From a virus (taxonomy: Duplodnaviria > Caudoviricetes): a stretch of 28,308 nucleotides of DNA. The stretch is from positions 1 to 28,308 of the IMG/VR virus record IMGVR_UViG_3300020138_000100, one strand, 5' to 3'. A program made the translations under genes and the position numbers. The notes under the pieces were generated by a model. It made no database searches and was not told the DNA's origin. It saw only the letters and a program-made list of their open reading frames with translations. Shown piece by piece: positions 23,137-28,308 of this stretch; the first letter of the stretch is position 1; each line of letters opens with the position of its first letter.

Positions 23137-24983
23137 TGACCGTTTACAAGGTTCAGGGGCCGGATGGCCGTGTCCACCGTTTCGAGGGGCCTGACGGCGC
23201 CACACCTGATGAGGTCATGGCCTTTGCCCTCCAAACTGCTGCTGGGCAAAGGCCTGATGCTCCGCCCGCGCCTGCACAGCCGCAGGAAGGCCTTGGCAGG
23301 ACGGTTTTTGACAACCTCATGCAGGGCGCAACCTTCGGATTTTCTGACGAAATTTCCGATATTCTGGGCGCTGCGGGAGCCTCCGCCCTCGATAAAGACC
23401 TGACCTTCAAAGACGCCTATCAGCAGGCAAGAGGGTTGACAAAAGAGCGTCAGGAAAGGCAATTTGAGCAGCATCCGGTCGCAGCGGTCGGTTCTCAAAT
23501 TGTCGGAGGTATTGGCACCAGTGTCGCAGGCGCAACAACGAAAGCGGGGACCGCTGCTCTTAATTGGGCTAGCCGTGGCAACACCGCGGCGCGTGCGGGC
23601 AAAGCTGCTCTTCTCGGTGCCCCATCCGCTGGACTTTATAGCGTCGGCACGGGCGTGGATGGCGAAAGAACCGCCACGCTGGGCCGAGATATGCTTTTGG
23701 GTGCTGCTTTCTCTGGGGCCGTGCCTGTTGCTGGCAGAGCGCTTTCTCGCCTAAATACCCGCACAATCATCCCCAACGCGGACCAGATCAGGCAGCGCGC
23801 TGGTGAAATGTACCAAGCCGCGGAACGGGCTGGCGGCGTTCTCAAGCCGAAATTCACAGATCAGTTTGTCGATGCCGTCGAGCGCATGAAGCCCCAAACC
23901 GATATTGGGCGCATCGTCGGCGGCGATAATGCTTTCAGCAAAGTGACGGAGCGCCTCGGCCAGATCAGAGGGCAGCCCATGACCCTGCGCGCGGCGCAGG
24001 AGCTTGACGAACTGCTGGGTGAGGCGATTGACGGTTTCACCGAAATGGGCCGCGTCACAAAGCAGGGCAAAAAGCTGCTTGATATTCAGACAACGCTCCG
24101 CGGCATGATCGAGGATGCCGGCGATGATATGGTCGTGGGCGGCAGGGCGGGTTTTGACGCCTTGAAAGAGGCGCGCAATCTCTGGTCAACCTCTCACCGC
24201 TTGAACGACATCGAGCGCATTATTCAGCGTGCCGATCAGTATGACCAGCCCGCCACCGCCATCAAAACGGGTTTCCGCACGCTTTACAACAATCCGAACA
24301 GGATGCGCGGGTATTCAGCGGCGGAGCGCGCCGCCATCAAGAAAGCTGCAGAGTCGGGCATTGTGTCCGATGTGTTGCGCACGGCGGGCAGCCGATTGGT
24401 GCCTATTGTTGCCGGCGCTGGCGGCGGGGGGCTTGGCGGGGCGGCAGCTGGTGCCGCCGCCTCTGCCAGTGCCCGCGGGCTTGCGGCAAAGATGCAGGTC
24501 GGGCGGGCCGAGAAAGCAGCGCGCGCCGTTGCGGAGCGCAGCGGGTTGGTCAGGCAAGAGCAACGCTTGCGCCTGCCCGATAACTGGCGCGACCTGCTCC
24601 GTTTGCCGCCCAAGCAGGCGCAAGAGGCCATGCTCGCCCTGCCTGCACCGGAACCCGAATTTTCCGCAGACGTGTTCGGGAACGTGGGCCGCATGTCGCC
24701 GGAAGACGTCGCCGCGGCGCAAGCAGCGCGCCAGCGCGCCGCAGAGCTCGGCATGACGCCGGACGTGGTGCGCGCACAAGAAGCGGGCAGGATGCGGAAA
24801 GCGGCGGGCGAAAGGGGTGGCAGCGACGTCGGCAGGTTTGCCGCGCAGCATCCGGATGTCCCCGCATCCGTCTTTGAAAACCTCTCCGAGGAGAATTGGC
24901 AGTATCTCATGAAACTGCCGCCTGACGAAGCGCGCACAGCCCTGATGCGGCTGATGAAAGCGCAAAAAACAAAGAAAAAATAA
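23136..24983 (+). CDS. DNA ejection/internal virion protein (gp16 position)
   Basis: YKVQGPDGR..EGPDGAT N-terminus; QGATFGFSDEI; Ala/Gly-rich. Confidence 0.75.
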   Translation: MTVYKVQGPDGRVHRFEGPDGATPDEVMAFALQTAAGQRPDAPPAPAQPQEGLGRTVFDNLMQGATFGFSDEISDILGAAGASALDKDLTFKDAYQQARGLTKERQERQFEQHPVAAVGSQIVGGIGTSVAGATTKAGTAALNWASRGNTAARAGKAALLGAPSAGLYSVGTGVDGERTATLGRDMLLGAAFSGAVPVAGRALSRLNTRTIIPNADQIRQRAGEMYQAAERAGGVLKPKFTDQFVDAVERMKPQTDIGRIVGGDNAFSKVTERLGQIRGQPMTLRAAQELDELLGEAIDGFTEMGRVTKQGKKLLDIQTTLRGMIEDAGDDMVVGGRAGFDALKEARNLWSTSHRLNDIERIIQRADQYDQPATAIKTGFRTLYNNPNRMRGYSAAERAAIKKAAESGIVSDVLRTAGSRLVPIVAGAGGGGLGGAAAGAAASASARGLAAKMQVGRAEKAARAVAERSGLVRQEQRLRLPDNWRDLLRLPPKQAQEAMLALPAPEPEFSADVFGNVGRMSPEDVAAAQAARQRAAELGMTPDVVRAQEAGRMRKAAGERGGSDVGRFAAQHPDVPASVFENLSEENWQYLMKLPPDEARTALMRLMKAQKTKKK

Positions 24984-24984
24984 C

Positions 24985-25007
24985 ACCCCGCTCTGGCGGG
25001 GTTTTTT
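24985..25007 (+). terminator. Intrinsic terminator
   Basis: ACCCCGC-TCTG-GCGGGGT followed by a T tract. Confidence 0.8.
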
Positions 25008-25022
25008 AATGGAGAAAAGCCG

Positions 25023-26564
25023 ATGGCTGTTCTGATGACACCGCCGTATTTGCAATTCCTTGACGAAAACGGCGACCCGCTGGCAGGCGGGAAAATCCAA
25101 ACCTATGAGGCAGGGACGGATACGCCGAAGGCTACCTATACCGATGCCTCGGGCGAAACCGAGCATGAGAATCCTGTCGTGCTTGATAGCGCGGGCAGGG
25201 CGGAAATCTGGCTGGACGGCAGTTATAAATTCGAGATTTACGATGCGCTAGATAACCTCATCCGCACCGTCGATAACGTCAATTCCTTCAACGACGCCGA
25301 AATTACCAACCGCGCATCCGTATCGGAGAGCGACCAGCTGCCCGGATTCCTGTCGGACAAGATCATTGCGGGAGATAAAATATCCATCAGCATCGACAAT
25401 CCCGGGGACGATGAAAAACTTGTCGTATCGACATCCGGTCTCGGCACTGCGGCGACAAAGGACGTTGGCACGGAAGTCGGAGACGTACCGCTGCTGTCGT
25501 TCGTCAATAAGGCGCAGGCGGCAAACGATTTTTCAGATGCGAAGTGGGTAAAGAAAAACTGCACCGTAACCATAAACTCAACCACCGACCCTGACGGCGG
25601 CAGTACGGCGGATATGCTGGTCGAGGACACGGCAACGGACATGCATTATGTCGTGCAGCGCGTGGAAGATTTCGGCATCGGCAACAAAATCGAATATACG
25701 ATTTATGCGAAAACGGCAGGCCGAAGCTATGCTTATGTCGCTATTACAGATGCGGAAGATTCGCAGACGAACAGCGTTTCCGTTATCGTCAACCTTGCAA
25801 ACGGCGTTACGGGCACCCTGGCCAATAACGGCACGGCGGTCGACGGATCCGTATCCGTCGATGACGAAGGCGACGGATGGTGGAAGATCACTCTGTCAGG
25901 TATTGTCAATCCGTCCGGCACAAGCAGCAATCCATACATCATGATCGGCGGCGCGCTCGACCTGACGACGCCATCCTATGAAGGAGACGGCGCGAGTGGT
26001 ATTTACGTCTGGGGCGCAGCCGCGGGCATGGCTGGGCTACCGGCAGTTGACGGAAGCCAGTTGGTGAATGTCACAGAGGGAAGCGTATGGGTGGAGGTCG
26101 GCGTTGTCGAGGCCACTGCCGCCACGGCAGTCATATTTAATAATCTTCCCGAAGATTGTACGGATTTTGTCGTTGTGTCCGAAGGTTTGTCTCTAACGGC
26201 AAGTGTCATCGGTCTTGTTCTTCAGTTTTCAACCAATAACGGCGATACGTTTATTACGGGGGCGAACACATATAGATACGATAGTAGTCTTGGAACACAG
26301 GGAACGGGTATCCCGATTTCCGCTTCTGGCGCATCTGGAGCAGCAACACAACATCACTTGGCGTTTGATATAATAAACCTATCTCTCCCCATTTGTTCTA
26401 TGGTTAAAGGCATATGGCACGGCTACACCCTTACGGGACAAGGCGGAGAATCTTTCGGTGTACGGCAGGCTGAAGAAGCTCACAATGCTTTCCGTATCAC
26501 GCGCAGCACCGGAACATTCACCGGAAAATTCAGGGTTTATGGCCGCAAGGGGGTTTCAGCATGA
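25023..26564 (+). CDS. Tail fibre/spike, multi-domain
   Basis: Virion-anchoring N-terminus QFLDENGDPLAGGK..YEAGTDTP...NPVVLDSAGRA; GTAATKDVG fibre motif; beta-rich domains. Confidence 0.85.
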   Translation: MAVLMTPPYLQFLDENGDPLAGGKIQTYEAGTDTPKATYTDASGETEHENPVVLDSAGRAEIWLDGSYKFEIYDALDNLIRTVDNVNSFNDAEITNRASVSESDQLPGFLSDKIIAGDKISISIDNPGDDEKLVVSTSGLGTAATKDVGTEVGDVPLLSFVNKAQAANDFSDAKWVKKNCTVTINSTTDPDGGSTADMLVEDTATDMHYVVQRVEDFGIGNKIEYTIYAKTAGRSYAYVAITDAEDSQTNSVSVIVNLANGVTGTLANNGTAVDGSVSVDDEGDGWWKITLSGIVNPSGTSSNPYIMIGGALDLTTPSYEGDGASGIYVWGAAAGMAGLPAVDGSQLVNVTEGSVWVEVGVVEATAATAVIFNNLPEDCTDFVVVSEGLSLTASVIGLVLQFSTNNGDTFITGANTYRYDSSLGTQGTGIPISASGASGAATQHHLAFDIINLSLPICSMVKGIWHGYTLTGQGGESFGVRQAEEAHNAFRITRSTGTFTGKFRVYGRKGVSA

Positions 26565-26902
26565 AAAAGTTTTACATGATACCGGCTGCGGAAATGGTCG
26601 CCGCAAAAACGAAAACCGAAAAAATGGCCTTGATTGAAAAATATCAGTCGCCCCTATCGGATGCCGAAATCGCAGAGCGCGTGGAAGCGGAAAATCAGGC
26701 ATTGGCCGCACAGGCGGAAGCGGAAAAAATGGCCTATAGAGACTTGCGCCGCGCAGAATATCCCGACATCGGCGACCAGCTCGACGCCATCATGAAATGG
26801 CTTGCGACCGAGGGCGAATTTACCGTGCCGGCCGAGCTGAAATCACTCGCCATGAAGTGCATGAGCGTCAAGGCAAAATACCCTAAACCAGCAGAGGAAT
26901 AG
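26561..26902 (+). CDS. Putative tail fibre assembly/chaperone protein
   Basis: YRDLRRAEYPDIGDQLD...VKAKYPKP motif, common after fibre genes. Confidence 0.7.
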   Translation: MKKFYMIPAAEMVAAKTKTEKMALIEKYQSPLSDAEIAERVEAENQALAAQAEAEKMAYRDLRRAEYPDIGDQLDAIMKWLATEGEFTVPAELKSLAMKCMSVKAKYPKPAEE

Positions 26903-26907
26903 AGAGC

Positions 26908-27198
26908 ATGGAACAAGCCGTATCAGCCGCAACCCTCAACGGCCTGACCGAGCTTCAACAGCTTGGCTTGGCTGGCGTCCTTGGCTCTTTCCTTCTGCTC
27001 GGCCTCGGTATTGCGATCTGGCATTGCGAAACCCGACGCCGCGCAGATCAGGAAGCACGTCAGGAAGAAGCGCGGATCAACCGTGAGGCATACCAAGCAG
27101 AGGCAAAGGCCAACCGCGAGGTTTTGTCAGGCGCGACGGAAGCCATCAACGGCGTACGAGTTACGCTGGCGGAGATGAAAGGGAGGCTCGAGAAATGA
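26908..27198 (+). CDS. Putative holin
   Basis: One TM segment plus coiled coil, coupled to the endolysin. Confidence 0.6.
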   Translation: MEQAVSAATLNGLTELQQLGLAGVLGSFLLLGLGIAIWHCETRRRADQEARQEEARINREAYQAEAKANREVLSGATEAINGVRVTLAEMKGRLEK

Positions 27199-27611
27199 GA
27201 AACATCGACAAGCTCTTTGTGCACTGCGCCGCCACTAAACCGGATATGGACATCGGCGCCAAAGAAATCCGTGAATGGCACGTCAAGGGCAATGGCTGGC
27301 GTGACATCGGTTATCATTTCGTCATCCGGCGCAGCGGCGTTGTCGAGGAAGGCCGTCCGGTCGATCAGGTCGGTGCGCACGTGGCCGGACACAACGCGAC
27401 CAGCATTGGCATCTGCCTTGTTGGTGGCATCGATGCGGCGGGCAAGCCGGAGGCGAATTTCACGCCGGAGCAATGGGCTGTTCTGCCCCGCCTTTTGCGC
27501 AAGCTGAAACGGCAATTCCCGAAAGCGACCATCCACGGGCACAACGAATTTGCGGACAAGGCCTGCCCGTCTTTCGACGTTCGGGCGTGGCTTAAAAAGG
27601 AGGGGTTTTGA
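27195..27611 (+). CDS. Endolysin, N-acetylmuramoyl-L-alanine amidase (T7 gp3.5-like)
   Basis: VHCAAT, GWRDIGYHFVI, GAHVAGHN..SIGICLVGG, GHNE...KACPSF zinc-ligand motifs. Confidence 0.95.
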   Translation: MRNIDKLFVHCAATKPDMDIGAKEIREWHVKGNGWRDIGYHFVIRRSGVVEEGRPVDQVGAHVAGHNATSIGICLVGGIDAAGKPEANFTPEQWAVLPRLLRKLKRQFPKATIHGHNEFADKACPSFDVRAWLKKEGF

Positions 27612-27856
27612 TGTTTTGGGCCGCGTTCAAAACCCTGCCGTTCGTCGTCAAGCTTAAAATCGTCGCTCTGTTTTTTGCCGCCGCGTCTCTGGTTGTCTCC
27701 GGTGCTTATCTGGCCGGAAGGATGATCGAGGCCGGAAAATGCAAAACCCGCGCCCAAAGCGCCGCAATCGAAAAAGGGATTGAAAAAAATGAAATCCGCA
27801 ACCTTCGCCCTGATCTGCGCAAGCTTTCTGACGGGATGCGCGCAGGACGCCTCTAA
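27611..27856 (+). CDS. Putative i-spanin (Rz-like)
   Basis: N-terminal TM segment and helical tail; follows the endolysin; overlaps the lipoprotein gene. Confidence 0.65.
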   Translation: MFWAAFKTLPFVVKLKIVALFFAAASLVVSGAYLAGRMIEAGKCKTRAQSAAIEKGIEKNEIRNLRPDLRKLSDGMRAGRL

Positions 27857-28043
27857 AGCCGCCCAAGTCCTGACCGCGCCGGACGTGGTCGTGTATAGCC
27901 GCGACCAGCTGACGCAGGCAGCGGACGAAATTGACGCCGGAACATGCCCGATGCTGGCCGAGTTCGCGCGCGACTATTGCGTGATGCGTGACCAGAGTCG
28001 TGCGCTGGCGGGCAAGAAGCCGGTTTGCACCGATGCCAGATAA
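27789..28043 (+). CDS. Putative o-spanin (Rz1-like lipoprotein)
   Basis: MKSATFALICASFLTGC lipobox; overlaps the i-spanin in another frame. Confidence 0.7.
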   Translation: MKSATFALICASFLTGCAQDASKAAQVLTAPDVVVYSRDQLTQAADEIDAGTCPMLAEFARDYCVMRDQSRALAGKKPVCTDAR

Positions 28044-28308
28044 GCTTCCGAAAATCTGGTCATCTTCCGGCAACGGCGCGCAGATCATCGCCCTAGACTT
28101 TTCCCAGAAACCCAATAGGCCTTTTAACGCCGCCAGAGGGGCGCAGGAGGTGCTTGGCCTTCTGGACTACCATGAAGACGGGTACGAGGTCGATCTGCTC
28201 TGTGCGCGCTGTTTCTGGCGCGGAGACATGATGATTACACCCTTCCATAGGCTCGCCGATCTGGAATGCCCTTGCTGCCGCGTTGAGGGCGGTATCGTCA
28301 GGGGGTAA
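28033..28308 (+). CDS. Hypothetical zinc-finger protein
   Basis: CARC...CPCC; start at ATG 28033 overlapping the spanin end. Confidence 0.6.
   Translation: MPDKLPKIWSSSGNGAQIIALDFSQKPNRPFNAARGAQEVLGLLDYHEDGYEVDLLCARCFWRGDMMITPFHRLADLECPCCRVEGGIVRG

Larger units (their letters stand above)
1..28308. mobile_element. Temperate phage/prophage with lambdoid early region and P22-like podovirus morphogenesis module (partial; integrase and att not in window)
   Basis: Gene order is recombination, cI/cro, replication, late regulator, terS/terL, portal, scaffold, coat, gp4/gp10-like, ejection proteins, tail fibre, lysis. No tape measure, tube or sheath gene is present. Confidence 0.95.

Noticed and set aside
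1-28308. Alternative genetic code or stop-codon recoding
   Set aside because: Core genes are full length under code 11, and TAA, TGA and TAG all act as stops.

Overview
The whole window is a temperate, lambdoid-organised (pro)phage with a P22-like short-tailed virion module. The host is probably an alphaproteobacterium, inferred from gene families only. From left to right it has a leftward early operon (repeat protein running off the left edge, RecT-like annealase, RecE-like exonuclease, small ORFs) and an immunity region (two lipoprotein ORFs, CI, Cro) bracketed by identical 40-bp PL/PR promoter-operator blocks. Next come a rightward early operon (CII-like HTH, NUMOD4-HNH endonuclease, RusA-like resolvase, replication initiator with iterons, putative late regulator) and an inverted two-gene cassette with acr-aca-like architecture. 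The late region runs terminase, portal, scaffold, coat, head-tail proteins, three ejection proteins, a tail fibre and a holin/amidase/spanin cassette. No integrase or att site is visible. The most unusual element is a ~190-nt tRNA-shaped non-coding segment (7048-7235) with D- and T-like arms and a large, possibly pseudoknotted insert in place of the anticodon arm. All family assignments are by eye and memory; no searches were run.
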